From the NCBI GenBank assembly GCA_038087875.1, contig CM075983.1, positions 22,816,001 through 22,880,000 on the forward strand: a stretch of 64,000 bases of DNA, in the 5' to 3' direction. Each line of letters opens with the position of its first letter. Positions within the stretch are counted from its first letter, which is position 1. Source of the DNA: Malacoraja senta. Lineage: Eukaryota. Shown piece after piece: positions 1-14,200 of this stretch. The position numbers and the translations under genes were made by a program. The notes under the pieces were generated by a model. The model was not told the origin of the DNA and made no database searches. It worked only from the letters and a program-made list of their open reading frames with translations.

Positions 1-189
1 ATATAATCACAATAAGGTAATATTTGCTATACTGGGTAACTGCCAGAGATGGTGTCTACTGATGAAATGTTACATACACAGAGACTGGGGATTCATTGTT
101 GAATTAACAGAAGAGGTGAGTGTTTTTATGTAAAATAATGTTATTAATTAGTCTCTCTAACTGAGCATGTTGTTCCTGTTCTCAATCAG

Positions 190-844
190 GAGGCTTCCTG
201 TGGATTTGAACAGTGGCAAATAACAGTAATCGAATTGATTGGAAATCCACCAAAACTAGTAGGACGCATAAAGGAGCAGCAGCTTTCTACAGAAATGGCT
301 GATGAACTCAGGTATGACAGACACTGCCATTACTTGGACTATGAATGATGGCCAGCTTAGATCTTGTCCACAGACTGAAGATTCCAAGTTTCAATCACCA
401 CTTCTAAACAAATGAGGATGTCTGGGCTTAATATGCAGGTGTACCTACCTTTACCATAGCAACTGTTAAATGTAAGGAATTTCCCTAATTTTGTAAAGTA
501 TAATACATACAAATGAGGAAAATCTACTCTCTATTAGAAATGTGTTAATTTTCAAATTATCTGCTATCTTTTTGCAAGAAGCACCATAAGTAAATTCTGC
601 ATTAATAAATTCTGAAAGATGTTTTCAGCCTATTAACATGCTTCTTTTCTGTTCCTTTTGCAGACAAGTCTATTATTTATCCGATAGGCATTTTGATGTT
701 GTCCTGATTGACAAATATGGCACTGACAGGGAACGTTATATTCAACCTGTTACACCCAGTGAGCTGTTTTCATTCATTGATGAAAACATACTGCGGGCAG
801 ATGAGAGGGCTGCCCGACGGCAAAAGGAAGATTTCTGTAGCTAA
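190..844 (+). CDS. SRPX2: SRPX2 (sushi repeat protein X-linked 2), last two coding exons, copy A: 190..311 and 664..844 (stop TAA); upstream exons lie before the window
   Basis: AG/GT-bounded exons join in frame (phase 2) to give [100 protein letters not shown]. This matches the SRPX2 C-terminal thioredoxin-like (DUF4174) region as I recall it ([27 protein letters not shown]). AATAAA at 1844-1849. Confidence 0.9.
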
Positions 845-3144
845 AGCTCAAACGTGTCAATTTTTTTTCCAGTAGACACAACAAATGCAGATGCTGGAAT
901 CTTGATCTATTGACAAGTGTATTCCAGAGGTGATGTTGCTCAGCTCCCAACTGGTATGACCAAAGCTTTTCTCACAGTTTTTGCAGTCTTTACCCACAGC
1001 AATCCTTGGAACTTGAACCATGCTTTTTACATTACTATATAGTCAATGTTAAGATTAGTTTCCTAATACCTCGGCAATCTTGGATCTTATTCCTGAGATT
1101 TTGGTGAAGGAATTGATGGAATTTCTCACAACACAAATACATTATATATAACAAGAACAGATTGAGAAAGCTTACAAGCTTATCTCTATTGATAGATTTT
1201 AATTCTGTGAAGATATTATATGCTATGTATGTTCAATTAAAATTTATGCTATATATGTTCAATTAAAGTTGACCTGGTTTAAATGAAAATGTACTCTATT
1301 AAGTACAAGAATATATATTACAAGCTGGAAGTCTACAGGCATTAATGCGCACTTAAACATGATTCTGGGTGTACAAAAGAAAATAGTTATAAAACAGAAT
1401 GGAATAATGGTTATTAAACTGTTAGACAGTGTTTTGAAGATTGACTACACAAGGGTGTTTTCACCTGAACCATTAATATATAATCTCAAGTCAGAATATC
1501 CTAGATTATTGAAGTGCAGTGAATTATGATTTTGAATTTACAGTTGTCATGCTTGGAGATGTGGATCCTTTGACAAGGGGATGACTCACTGACTCATTGC
1601 AAGTTTTTGATGGACAGCTCTTTAGCTGGAATGTATTCATGGGACTTTATCATGGCCTGTCAGAATTTGACTTTTTCAATCTGTCAGGCCAGCAAATGAT
1701 AAAATAAGTGCAAAACAGCTTTGACTTTTAATTTGCAAGGTAAAGTAAGTCAATTTTATGATACATTGATAAGGGTAGCAGGTTTGTAAATTACTGTATA
1801 GGCGTTATTTGTACTGAATATTGTTCATTTAACTTCTATGTTAAATAAATTGCCTTCTAGTTTTTAGTCCAAATGTCAGTCTGGTTGAGTGTCACTACAT
1901 TCTGCATACAAAGATGTGATGAATCCCATAGAGAGTGGTACATTGAAGTAAACCCTGTGCAATGGAAATGATTCTGGATTTTGGACTTTAAGACCAATTG
2001 ACAGGGCAGCTATTAACTTGTCATCTTGGATAACTTCAGGAAATATGAAATGCCTAGTAAAACCACATAGGTTCTCAACAATTTGTCTGAAGAAGGGTTC
2101 TGACCCGAAATGACACCTATCCATGTTCTCCAGATATGCTGCTTACTCCAGTGACTAGAGTTGACTAGATGACTAGAGTTACTCCAGCATTTTGTGCCTT
2201 TCTTTGATTCTCACTACACTGTGATCAGTTTTACTAACTATAATAACCAAAATGCTCCTTGTGATGCTTCTCATCAATAAATTACATGTATTTCTTGACT
2301 CGACTTATCGATATCTCTTTCCAGTTTGTATTAGCCTTTTATGGCATCATCCTAATCTCTATTAACTTGCTAATTTTGGTACCATTTTTCTGGAGTTTCT
2401 GTTCAATTCATTGATACGAACAGCAAACAGGTATCCCCAGTATTGAATCACGGTAGATAGCACTTACAGTGTATTTGAGAAACATAATTGGCTACTACGT
2501 TCAAATTGAAAATTACATCCTCTTTATAGCCCTTATATTTGTATATCCCTCCCATGTGGCAGCTTGTCGAAACCTTTTCTAATGCTGTATTCCATTTTCA
2601 TCATCTAAAGTCTTACATTTCCCTCCTGAAAATGTTTCTCCAGATTCATTAACCCTTCCTTATCAGAAATTATAACTATAGAATGGTCATTCCTGAATTA
2701 ACCACTTTGATCCTTAAATGTAATTTACAGTATGTAGCCTAAATCTAGGCATTTATATCTAAATGCTTGTTTGTTTTATAATTTAAATATAGGACAGAGA
2801 AAATTTCTATAATAGGGCCTATACAGGGGGAATTCTTGGTTCAGCCATGTTCTGTGCCTCTTCCTGAGGTGCTCCAATACCGCACATTCCAAAACTGCAG
2901 GTATCTCCCACTCCTAGAAGTTATTGCGTGACCCTTCTTGAAAAGAAAATGACTAGATACAGGGCAAAACTGAGTGCAGCTATAATTTCCTTTCTTTCCC
3001 ACCAGTTTACTGCATGAATTACCACTTATTAATGCTACTCCCATTATTACAGTCATCTCTCAATATGTTCTCTCTTAGCAGATAAATAAAACCAGCGGAA
3101 GCAGTTGCATGTCTTGATTACTAGTTGGTGAAAAAAATAATTAA

Positions 3145-3410
3145 CTCTGGGTTCTGGGTTTGATCCTGACCTCAAATGCTATCTGTGTGTCGTTTGTACT
3201 TTCTCCCTGTGACTGCATTTGTTTCTCCCAGGTCCTCCAGCTTCCTCCCACATCCCAAAGACACATGGGTTCGTAGATTAATTGGCCTCTATACAGTATG
3301 TAGATGAATAAAAAATGGGTTTACTGTAGGATTAGTGTAAAAGGGAGGTCAATGGATGGCACGGACTTGGTGGGCTGAATGGCCTGTTTCCGTGTTGTAT
3401 ATATCTAAAT
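3145..3410 (+). mobile_element. tRNA-derived SINE (chondrichthyan HE1-like family); duplicated at about 13564-13829
   Basis: Degenerate B-box gggtttgatcc and body ttcctcccacatcccaaagac...taattggcc...ggtgggctgaatggcctgtttcc, shared with other copies in the window. Confidence 0.7.
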
Positions 3411-3479
3411 CTCTTCTGCACACATTTATCAAAATTATGTACCATTTGGCATTTAATTGTCCACAAATTCATCCTCCAT

Positions 3480-4250
3480 TATTTTACTGCTAATTTAATT
3501 TGCTAATTCTATATGTAGCTTATAGCCTGCAATAATTGTTATCCTTATTACATACATCTCCAATTTTCTGATTAATACAATATCCAAGATTACTTCTAAT
3601 GCTTTGGGATCTATATAAACTCCATCCAATGTCTTCTGCTTTGCTTAAATACCCTGGAATATTTAATTCCCCACCTTGGCCACTAGAATAATTCTAGAAT
3701 GGCTCTTAGAGGGTGCACATTTGTTTCTATGTGTGGCATTTATTTACATAGCTGGTTGCAATTGGAATGCGTGATCAGATAAAGTGCCTTTTGACGTTCA
3801 TGCTATCTTTCTGATTGGAGGAATACCTTTAGGCTTAAAAATCCAGAGAGATCTTGATTTACATGGTCTGTTTTGTAATTTTACACCATCGCATTGTTCA
3901 TTGTCTATTCTGTCTCCCCCCCCCCCCCCCCCAAAAAGACACCCACTCCTCTCCACTATTTCATTTTAGCTTTTATCTGTAGCCTGATTTTTTTCATTCC
4001 ATTGGGACACTGGTCCCTGCTCTATTCAGGTGAAGCCTGTTTCAACAGAACAGCTCCCTTCTTCCCCAGTATGGATGCAACTGCTCCATGAATTACAACC
4101 CATTTGTCTGACACAATTTTTGATCCCCACTTTTAACTCTCTGGTCTTAATGATCCAGTGCCAGAGCTTTTGTGGCTCTGCTTCTCTGCATTGGCCTTTT
4201 TTTCCTTCCACTAATTTTGTCAGAACAAATGCTGTCAGCATCCTCACATC
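3480..4250 (-). mobile_element. Highly decayed CR1 LINE 5' region (ORF1 esterase and start of endonuclease); duplicated at about 13900-14670
   Basis: The minus strand reads as broken FMEQLHPYWGRRELF..RLHLNRAGTSV (CR1 ORF1 SGNH-like motif) and GELNIPG (endonuclease). Boundaries are approximate. Confidence 0.55.
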
Positions 4251-6064
4251 CACTGCTTGAAAATACCAACAGGATTGGGACCTCCTTGTAGATTTCTCCC
4301 CTGGCCTCTCTTCTTACTGCCACATCGTCACAATACTTTCAATATCTAGCAAAGACCAAGCAAACTTTTTTTTATAACTTACACCAAGCCAAATAGTTTT
4401 GTCATGGTCTCTGCTATTACTTTATATTCCTTCTCTGTATCTTTACCTCATGTTCCCCAGTGACAATTGTGGCAATGGTGAGTAAATTGTAACTATGGTA
4501 CAATTTGACGCTGAACCAAATCTGTGAAATCATTTCCTCATATGCTGATAAAAAGAACAGAATTAATGTTAAGCAGCTAATCCTGATATTTAAAATGTTG
4601 GTACTTCCTTTCACCTCCGAAGCGACATTCCTCCTTGTATATCAACAGAGGTTTAATTTTTTGACGATCAATTGTCCCAGTCAGAACATTGCTGCAGAAT
4701 GCCTCAGGGCAGTTTGTTTTACTCAATGGGTTTCAGCGATCTGATAAAAAATCTGCCCTTCATACAATGACCACAAGTGGGCATGTTTGTTGAAGAATAT
4801 TCACATGATCTTGCAATCGTTCTGATAATGAAGCAGACCCTGTCAGTGTGTGACAAAACCTGGACAAATTCAGAAAAGCTGATAAGTGCCAACCAACATT
4901 TCCACCACACACACAACTACCAGGAAACAATTATTTTCAACAACATTTATGAACTTTCCCAACTAATGTATGATTAAGAGAGGAATACTTTAACCTTCCA
5001 GCCTCCACTTCAAAGTAGCAGCTTATCTCACCCTATCTTCCAAACCGCAATGATGGTTGTACAATAAATGCTGCCCGAGCCCATGATGCTAGTATTCTAT
5101 AACTGATATGTCATCATTGTACTTCAAGGCACTCTCATCCATTATTTTTAATATAATTCTACAGTCCAAGTGAGAATTATCAAATTCAGTTTGGAGGAAG
5201 AGTTACAATGGTGGGAAGAAAGATGGCCTTTCACCTCAGCTGTGGCATCCTGCTTCACTCTGTTGGACTTTATAGCAAAGGCACTATTCTTGGGTGTGTT
5301 AAAGTGCACCCGTTTTACACTCCATGCCTTAGCAAAGAGGCTACCATCAAGGGAGTAACTCATCATTGGGATGGTCTTGCTTTTGTCCTGACAGTTTCCA
5401 TTGCTATGAACATTTTTGTTGTTGTTTGTGGTATTTTCGGTCAGACATCTACACAGAGATGGATGAAGCAGGTTACTGCATCTGCCTTTTTCAGACATAT
5501 TAATCCACCTTCCCCATGGAAGAACAACTCAAGAGGCCCAAACCAACTGTCTCAGTTTATTCAAAGATGGTAGTCACCAAATTGCTACTGTAAAGCTTGG
5601 GAGTTATAAAAACATGAAGATTCATCGTCATCAACAAACATTGTATCTGGGCAGTGAAAACTGTTCATCAGTCATTGTATAATAATCCAGTTACTTCATA
5701 GTGAGAAATATACAATAATTCACATATAGAAACCAAGATATTTTTATTTAAAAATATGCATACAATATAAAGTGCAATTACACCCCTCTGTCAAATTTCA
5801 ATTTCCTTATATACATCTTTCATTGAATTCAGAATAAATATGAATTTTCCATTCAGATTTGGTGCTCCACAGCATCAATGACATGAACATGGACATTTCT
5901 TAAAGCTTTTGGGGATGAATCCACATTCAATGGGACAAATGTGCTCCTTTTCAAAGCTCTGCAATGTTTATGCACATCAAAACCACAGAGGTTCAGAGAA
6001 GAAAACATAGTTATATCCCAACTAGCATTACTGTAGCCAAATTACACTTCATCTGTTTGAGTCT

Positions 6065-6275
6065 GTGTGAATAATCTGTGGAATTCCCTGCCACAGATGG
6101 CAGTGGAGGGCAATTCACTGGATGTTTTCAAGAGATAGTTTAGATTAAGCTCTTAAGGCTAAAGGAATCAAGGTATATGGGGAAAAAGCAGGAATGGGGT
6201 ACTGATTTTGGATGATCAGCCATGATAATATTGATGGTGGTGCTGGCTCGAAGGGCCGATCTTCTATGTTTCTAA
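6065..6275 (+). mobile_element. CR1 LINE 3' end fragment; duplicated at about 16484-16694
   Basis: aatctgtggaattccctgccacag...gatgatcagccatgat...ggctcgaagggccga matches the 3' end of the CR1 copy at 35110-35875. Confidence 0.8.
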
Positions 6276-6799
6276 TTCCTCCTCCAACAAGTGAGTGTGA
6301 CGTGGAAGAGCAAATACTGTATACAGAGAGATTACCAAGGTGGAAAAATAATTTGGTTGTTATATTGGAAAATTTAAATCATCCCAAGGAAAACTGGGAT
6401 AGTGCTAAGAGCAGAAAGGCTGAAAGAATTTCCAATATGTCCAGAACACTACATTTCTAATCCATCAAGAAAAGAAGAATTAGTTATGCTTCTTGAGAAT
6501 GAGGTAGGTCAAGTGTACGTATTGGTGCAGGACATGATCGGTTAAATTACTTCCTTTTTTACTCTTACTCTTCTCTGATTCCATTGGTTTTCTTCTACTC
6601 GTGGCCAATTTTAAAAGTTCACTTACTATTTGACTCATTCATGCTCAGTTATAAGCTTGATCATTTTTGTGTATGTGAAGGGCACAAAACTGCCTTACAT
6701 AGTAGTTGATCCGTAATTGATACCTTTAAGGTCAGTTAATAGTGTTCTTACAGTAATATTAACCACAGTTATTGTACCATGGCTCATGAAATACTACAG

Positions 6800-6995
6800 G
6801 TGGGTTTCCTGCAGATGTTCTGGTTTTCTCCCACATCCCAAAGACGTGCAGGTTTATAGGTTAATTGGCCTCTGTAAGATTAACCCTGGTGTTTAAGGAG
6901 TAAATGAGAAGATGGGATAACATAGAACGGGCTATCGATGGTCAGCATGGACTCGAACAGAATGTTTCCATGTTCTGTCTCTAAATTAAATTAAA
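6800..6995 (+). mobile_element. 5'-truncated SINE starting exactly at the duplication junction
   Basis: Begins mid-body (gtgggtttcc...ctcccacatcccaaagacgtgcaggttt) with no tRNA head. Confidence 0.75.
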
Positions 6996-7988
6996 CTAAA
7001 CCTGAAGAGCAATTCAAAGCCTTCTGAAGGTATCCAGCAGATGGCGCTGCTGAGGACAGGGCCAGATGCTCTCGGCATCATTGAATTTGGCCAGAAGTGC
7101 AAATGACTTGTTTCAAAGCCACCTAGATATTGAACTGTGCGCACATGGGCACCACTGGATTGTTCTCTGTTGATCTTCCATTTTTCTGATGAATGACAGC
7201 TGAAAGTTTCCCACAAAGTGACTTTCTTTCTACTGCAATCCTGCTTCCCGAACAAAACATGTTTTCTGCAATCTCATTTCAAAAGGATTTGTCTCCTGTT
7301 CAACATGCAGTTGAGAAGGAAGCCAGTGAGCAGATTTAAAATGATTGCCAGAGCAAATCTCAGCCTGGTGCTGTAGTGGTAAAAATAACTGTCCAATCAC
7401 AATGTCTCTCTGCTACTGCGGAAGGCTTTGGACTCCTGATGACTCCCCCCTTGCCAATCTTCGACTATGTTCTGCCAGGCTTCCTTGTAATGTAATGTTC
7501 CTGTCGTGCTTTATAGATTCGCTTCACCTTGGTCAAGTTCTCTAAGTCAGTATTTTTCTTGCCATTTTCATGTCAGCTCCTATCTCCCAGGACTTCCCCA
7601 GGAGCACTTGAATTGAGATTTTACTTCTAAATATGGGTATGATTTGGTTTATCTTGCCATTGATCAATTCAGTGAAAGTTTTAACTGGAATAACAAGAGT
7701 GCAGAGGCAGGTTTGTAGTCGTCAAGGGTGGAAAATGTTGTGATTTTTAATGACAAAGGCAGAAATGTGTTTCAATTGTACCAATGCTAAACCTTTCCAG
7801 CTACATAAACCAAGGATATTCAGCACAAATATTACCAGAGCATTGATAATGTGTAACCAACATTAGAAAAAGACAGCCTTGCACACTCTCTCCCCTTACA
7901 GTTTATTTAGCGTGCCTCCTGGAAAACGATGAAACATGCAATGAATGAAGTCTGATGGCAACATATTGCTTCCTTAATATAATTGCAG

Positions 7989-10900
7989 GAATTCAGATTA
8001 ACGTTGATGTGAATTCAGTGGCTGCTCTCTTGGATCAGTTTTATGAAATGCAGCGTCTCCTCATCATTTCCTCCCCAAGCCCATCTGATAGATACTACAG
8101 GATGCAGATGACCTATCTTCAGGTCAGTAAATGGATATCTGAAAGTCAACATTGCCTCTGAGATTTCTGGCTGTTCTTTACATGGAACGAATCCCTAATA
8201 ATAATTGTAAATTGCACTTACACAAATGTGTGTCTATTTGGAATTCAAAATGGGTTATCTGTGAGTGATATGCTTTGTTGTGTCTTCTCAAGCCACCCAT
8301 TTGCCAAATAATTTTTCAGGATTACGAAATGCATTTTGAAAAACTTGTGATTGTAAGGAAGTCAGTGGTTCTGGTCAAATATTTGCTCTGCCCTGTTCCT
8401 TTCTTCCATACTTTGTGAAATTGGAGAAAAGTATCAAATAAATGAAAGGTCTAATCTGAGGCTTTCAAACAAACATGCAGCAAAATATTGTTTGTAAAGT
8501 TAAACATTACTGACTTGAAATTCTGTAGCACTGTGCTGTTTGTTTCCCACTGGGTTTTCTGTCTAAATTGAACAACTCAATTTGCTAGGTTGGGTACTTC
8601 CTATTAAGTTTTATGCTTGTGTAAATGACTTGCAAGGGGTGCATAAATGATATTATAATTCCTTGTACATTTTGAGTCTTACTGGGAGTAATTAAGTCAT
8701 AATGATCCACTTCAGATCAATTGTTATATCAGTCACAACAGAGACCAGATTGTCATTGTTTTGATTTCTATGCACTCGTAGATTTTGCTCAACTTTCTGC
8801 CATCTGTTGCAGATCATGCTATGATGACCACAGTTCTAAAACCAGCTTACATTGACCACATAGAGTCATAGACTTTAGATAAGATCAACTGAAATTTCTG
8901 CACTCAAACCTGCTTACCTCATTCATATGTAGTATATTGGGTGTGATGTGTAAGTTGGAGCTCCAGACCAGGGCTCAGAAGCAGCTTGGACAGAACTGGA
9001 GACTCCATGGAAAAAGGCTAGAAGACGCTATTTTCATAGGGACCTGTGTGTCATTTATGACCATCTTAGGATCTTACCAGGTATCCTTTAGTCTTGCCAT
9101 TATTTCCCCACTCTTACTGTAAATTATAATTGAGTTTTGTGCCCAGTTCTGACAAAATATCTCAGAACTGAAATGTTATCTCAGTTCCTCTTTCTCCAGA
9201 AACCACCAGACCTGCTGAGTGTTTCCAGCATTTTTTTTAATATTTCAGATTTCCAGTAAAGGTCTTTGTACTTATGGTGTGAGAAAATGTTGTGTAATGA
9301 GAGGGTAGATGGAAGGCAGTAATATGTTAGAAAGATTAAACATGAGAGGTATGGTAAAGGTCTGGTGGAACCAATTATCAGCGTCTCCTTGGAGTTCCAC
9401 ATGGTTCTATACTGCCTGGAACCTCAGAAAAATTGTTTCAAGAACAGGATTTAGCAAACTTCCCAAATTTACAGCAAGTAGATGATTTTTAGCTGGTAAA
9501 ATAGGAGCAACAGTGGCACATGGCTATTGAGCAATGGAGTCACAAGAGACTGCAGATGTGGCAATCTTGAACAAAAAACAAAGTGCTGAAGGCAGGTCTC
9601 AGTGGGTTAGGCAACAACTGTGGAGGAAATGGACATACAGTGTTTCCAGTGAGTTTTTGTGCCAGACCAGAGATTTTGATTTTCAAACACTCACTCTGCT
9701 TAAATGCTGTGCTGCCACGTTGAAAGTGATGGCCAATTTCATCATTAATACTTGTCTTTACCAAAAAGTGGTTCCTTAAACTGCTTAGAGCAAGCACCTA
9801 AAAGCCCCAGAGAAACTTGTAGTTTCTGCAAAATTCTCCAAATACATTCACAGGATAAGCAAAACATACATCCTCACCGCTACGTTCCTGTGAACAATCA
9901 GTTGGCCTCAATGTGCCGATTCACTCCAATACTGGACTTGTGAACAGACATTCTATTCCCTGTTCCATCATTTCAAGGGAAAAGAATCAAGGATGTTCTC
10001 AAAACTCCCTTGAAAAAAGTGTATCATTACCACCAACCCATGGGGAACCCCTCATTTACGACTCCTCAAAATAAAGGCGATGTATGTGGGATTTCATTGA
10101 GAACCTCCAGTCCATTTATTGGAGGCACGCAGGAGCCCGGCAGAAACAGCAGGACAGCATCACCTCATTAACTATCCATCAACCAACTGCATCAATCAAC
10201 CTGCCCTGTCAAGCACCTCCTGCCTCACCTGTGATAATGTATGTGAGTCAAATATTTCCCTCAACAGTCACCTCAGAACTCAGAAATGGAATGAATGCAA
10301 CTCATCCTCAATCTCAAGTGATTGCTTATGGAGAATATACAGGTATAATTTTACAGACTGTCATGCCTTGCATTTATAAATACAACAGACATCTCAAAGC
10401 AGTTTAAAGCTTATATTTATATAATCACAATAAGGTAATATTTGCTATACTGGGTAACTGCCAGAGATGGTGTCTACTGATGAAATGTTACATACACAGA
10501 GACTGGGGATTCATTGTTGAATTAACAGAAGAGGTGAGTGTTTTTATGTAAAATAATGTTATTAATTAGTCTCTCTAACTGAGCATGTTGTTCCTGTTCT
10601 CAATCAGGAGGCTTCCTGTGGATTTGAACAGTGGCAAATAACAGTAATCGAATTGATTGGAAATCCACCAAAACTAGTAGGACGCATAAAGGAGCAGCAG
10701 CTTTCTACAGAAATGGCTGATGAACTCAGGTATGACAGACACTGCCATTACTTGGACTATGAATGATGGCCAGCTTAGATCTTGTCCACAGACTGAAGAT
10801 TCCAAGTTTCAATCACCACTTCTAAACAAATGAGGATGTCTGGGCTTAATATGCAGGTGTACCTACCTTTACCATAGCAACTGTTAAATGTAAGGAATTT

Positions 10901-11263
10901 CCCTAATTTTGTAAAGTATAATACATACAAATGAGGAAAATCTACTCTCTATTAGAAATGTGTTTAATTTTCAAATTATCTGCTATCTTTTTGCAAGAAG
11001 CACCATAAGTAAATTCTGCATTAATAAATTCTGAAAGATGTTTTCAGCCTATTAACATGCTTCTTTTCTGTTCCTTTTGCAGACAAGTCTATTATTTATC
11101 CGATAGGCATTTTGATGTTGTCCTGATTGACAAATATGGCACTGACAGGGAACGTTATATTCAACCTGTTACACCCAGTGAGCTGTTTTCATTCATTGAT
11201 GAAAACATACTGCGGGCAGATGAGAGGGCTGCCCGACGGCAAAAGGAAGATTTCTGTAGCTAA
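7989..11263 (+). CDS. SRPX2: SRPX2 last three coding exons, copy B (orphan duplicate lacking 5' exons): 7989..8122, 10608..10729, 11083..11263
   Basis: Exon 7989-8122 encodes [44 protein letters not shown] (SRPX2-like), bounded by ttgcag/GTCAGT. The next two exons are identical to copy A. Phases 1-0-2 are consistent. Confidence 0.85.
9650..10320 (+). mobile_element. Decayed RTE-clade LINE 3' fragment in an SRPX2 intron
   Basis: Broken peptides [12 protein letters not shown] and terminal zinc finger [20 protein letters not shown] resemble the RTE ORF C-terminus. Boundaries are approximate. Confidence 0.6.
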
Positions 11264-14200
11264 AGCTCAAACGTGTCAATTTTTTTTCCAGTAGACACAA
11301 CAAATGCAGATGCTGGAATCTTGATCTATTGACAAGTGTATTCCAGAGGTGATGTTGCTCAGCTCCCAACTGGTATGACCAAAGCTTTTCTCACAGTTTT
11401 TGCAGTCTTTACCCACAGCAATCCTTGGAACTTGAACCATGCTTTTTACATTACTATATAGTCAATGTTAAGATTAGTTTCCTAATACCTCGGCAATCTT
11501 GGATCTTATTCCTGAGATTTTGGTGAAGGAATTGATGGAATTTCTCACAACACAAATACATTATATATAACAAGAACAGATTGAGAAAGCTTACAAGCTT
11601 ATCTCTATTGATAGATTTTAATTCTGTGAAGATATTATATGCTATGTATGTTCAATTAAAATTTATGCTATATATGTTCAATTAAAGTTGACCTGGTTTA
11701 AATGAAAATGTACTCTATTAAGTACAAGAATATATATTACAAGCTGGAAGTCTACAGGCATTAATGCGCACTTAAACATGATTCTGGGTGTACAAAAGAA
11801 AATAGTTATAAAACAGAATGGAATAATGGTTATTAAACTGTTAGACAGTGTTTTGAAGATTGACTACACAAGGGTGTTTTCACCTGAACCATTAATATAT
11901 AATCTCAAGTCAGAATATCCTAGATTATTGAAGTGCAGTGAATTATGATTTTGAATTTACAGTTGTCATGCTTGGAGATGTGGATCCTTTGACAAGGGGA
12001 TGACTCACTGACTCATTGCAAGTTTTTGATGGACAGCTCTTTAGCTGGAATGTATTCATGGGACTTTATCATGGCCTGTCAGAATTTGACTTTTTCAATC
12101 TGTCAGGCCAGCAAATGATAAAATAAGTGCAAAACAGCTTTGACTTTTAATTTGCAAGGTAAAGTAAGTCAATTTTATGATACATTGATAAGGGTAGCAG
12201 GTTTGTAAATTACTGTATAGGCGTTATTTGTACTGAATATTGTTCATTTAACTTCTATGTTAAATAAATTGCCTTCTAGTTTTTAGTCCAAATGTCAGTC
12301 TGGTTGAGTGTCACTACATTCTGCATACAAAGATGTGATGAATCCCATAGAGAGTGGTACATTGAAGTAAACCCTGTGCAATGGAAATGATTCTGGATTT
12401 TGGACTTTAAGACCAATTGACAGGGCAGCTATTAACTTGTCATCTTGGATAACTTCAGGAAATATGAAATGCCTAGTAAAACCACATAGGTTCTCAACAA
12501 TTTGTCTGAAGAAGGGTTCTGACCCGAAATGACACCTATCCATGTTCTCCAGATATGCTGCTTACTCCAGTGACTAGAGTTGACTAGATGACTAGAGTTA
12601 CTCCAGCATTTTGTGCCTTTCTTTGATTCTCACTACACTGTGATCAGTTTTACTAACTATAATAACCAAAATGCTCCTTGTGATGCTTCTCATCAATAAA
12701 TTACATGTATTTCTTGACTCGACTTATCGATATCTCTTTCCAGTTTGTATTAGCCTTTTATGGCATCATCCTAATCTCTATTAACTTGCTAATTTTGGTA
12801 CCATTTTTCTGGAGTTTCTGTTCAATTCATTGATACGAACAGCAAACAGGTATCCCCAGTATTGAATCACGGTAGATAGCACTTACAGTGTATTTGAGAA
12901 ACATAATTGGCTACTACGTTCAAATTGAAAATTACATCCTCTTTATAGCCCTTATATTTGTATATCCCTCCCATGTGGCAGCTTGTCGAAACCTTTTCTA
13001 ATGCTGTATTCCATTTTCATCATCTAAAGTCTTACATTTCCCTCCTGAAAATGTTTCTCCAGATTCATTAACCCTTCCTTATCAGAAATTATAACTATAG
13101 AATGGTCATTCCTGAATTAACCACTTTGATCCTTAAATGTAATTTACAGTATGTAGCCTAAATCTAGGCATTTATATCTAAATGCTTGTTTGTTTTATAA
13201 TTTAAATATAGGACAGAGAAAATTTCTATAATAGGGCCTATACAGGGGGAATTCTTGGTTCAGCCATGTTCTGTGCCTCTTCCTGAGGTGCTCCAATACC
13301 GCACATTCCAAAACTGCAGGTATCTCCCACTCCTAGAAGTTATTGCGTGACCCTTCTTGAAAAGAAAATGACTAGATACAGGGCAAAACTGAGTGCAGCT
13401 ATAATTTCCTTTCTTTCCCACCAGTTTACTGCATGAATTACCACTTATTAATGCTACTCCCATTATTACAGTCATCTCTCAATATGTTCTCTCTTAGCAG
13501 ATAAATAAAACCAGCGGAAGCAGTTGCATGTCTTGATTACTAGTTGGTGAAAAAAATAATTAACTCTGGGTTCTGGGTTTGATCCTGACCTCAAATGCTA
13601 TCTGTGTGTCGTTTGTACTTTCTCCCTGTGACTGCATTTGTTTCTCCCAGGTCCTCCAGCTTCCTCCCACATCCCAAAGACACATGGGTTCGTAGATTAA
13701 TTGGCCTCTATACAGTATGTAGATGAATAAAAAATGGGTTTACTGTAGGATTAGTGTAAAAGGGAGGTCAATGGATGGCACGGACTTGGTGGGCTGAATG
13801 GCCTGTTTCCGTGTTGTATATATCTAAATCTCTTCTGCACACATTTATCAAAATTATGTACCATTTGGCATTTAATTGTCCACAAATTCATCCTCCATTA
13901 TTTTACTGCTAATTTAATTTGCTAATTCTATATGTAGCTTATAGCCTGCAATAATTGTTATCCTTATTACATACATCTCCAATTTTCTGATTAATACAAT
14001 ATCCAAGATTACTTCTAATGCTTTGGGATCTATATAAACTCCATCCAATGTCTTCTGCTTTGCTTAAATACCCTGGAATATTTAATTCCCCACCTTGGCC
14101 ACTAGAATAATTCTAGAATGGCTCTTAGAGGGTGCACATTTGTTTCTATGTGTGGCATTTATTTACATAGCTGGTTGCAATTGGAATGCGTGATCAGATA

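Noticed and set aside
190-844. SRPX (SRPX1) or CCDC80 as the identity of these exons
   Set aside because: [19 protein letters not shown] and [10 protein letters not shown] fit SRPX2 much better, as I recall the paralogue sequences.
4417-5573. Cluster of 60-120-aa ORFs (and their duplicates at 14836-15992) as host exons
   Set aside because: No recognisable domain or consistent splice chain; possibly decayed retroelement sequence that I cannot classify.
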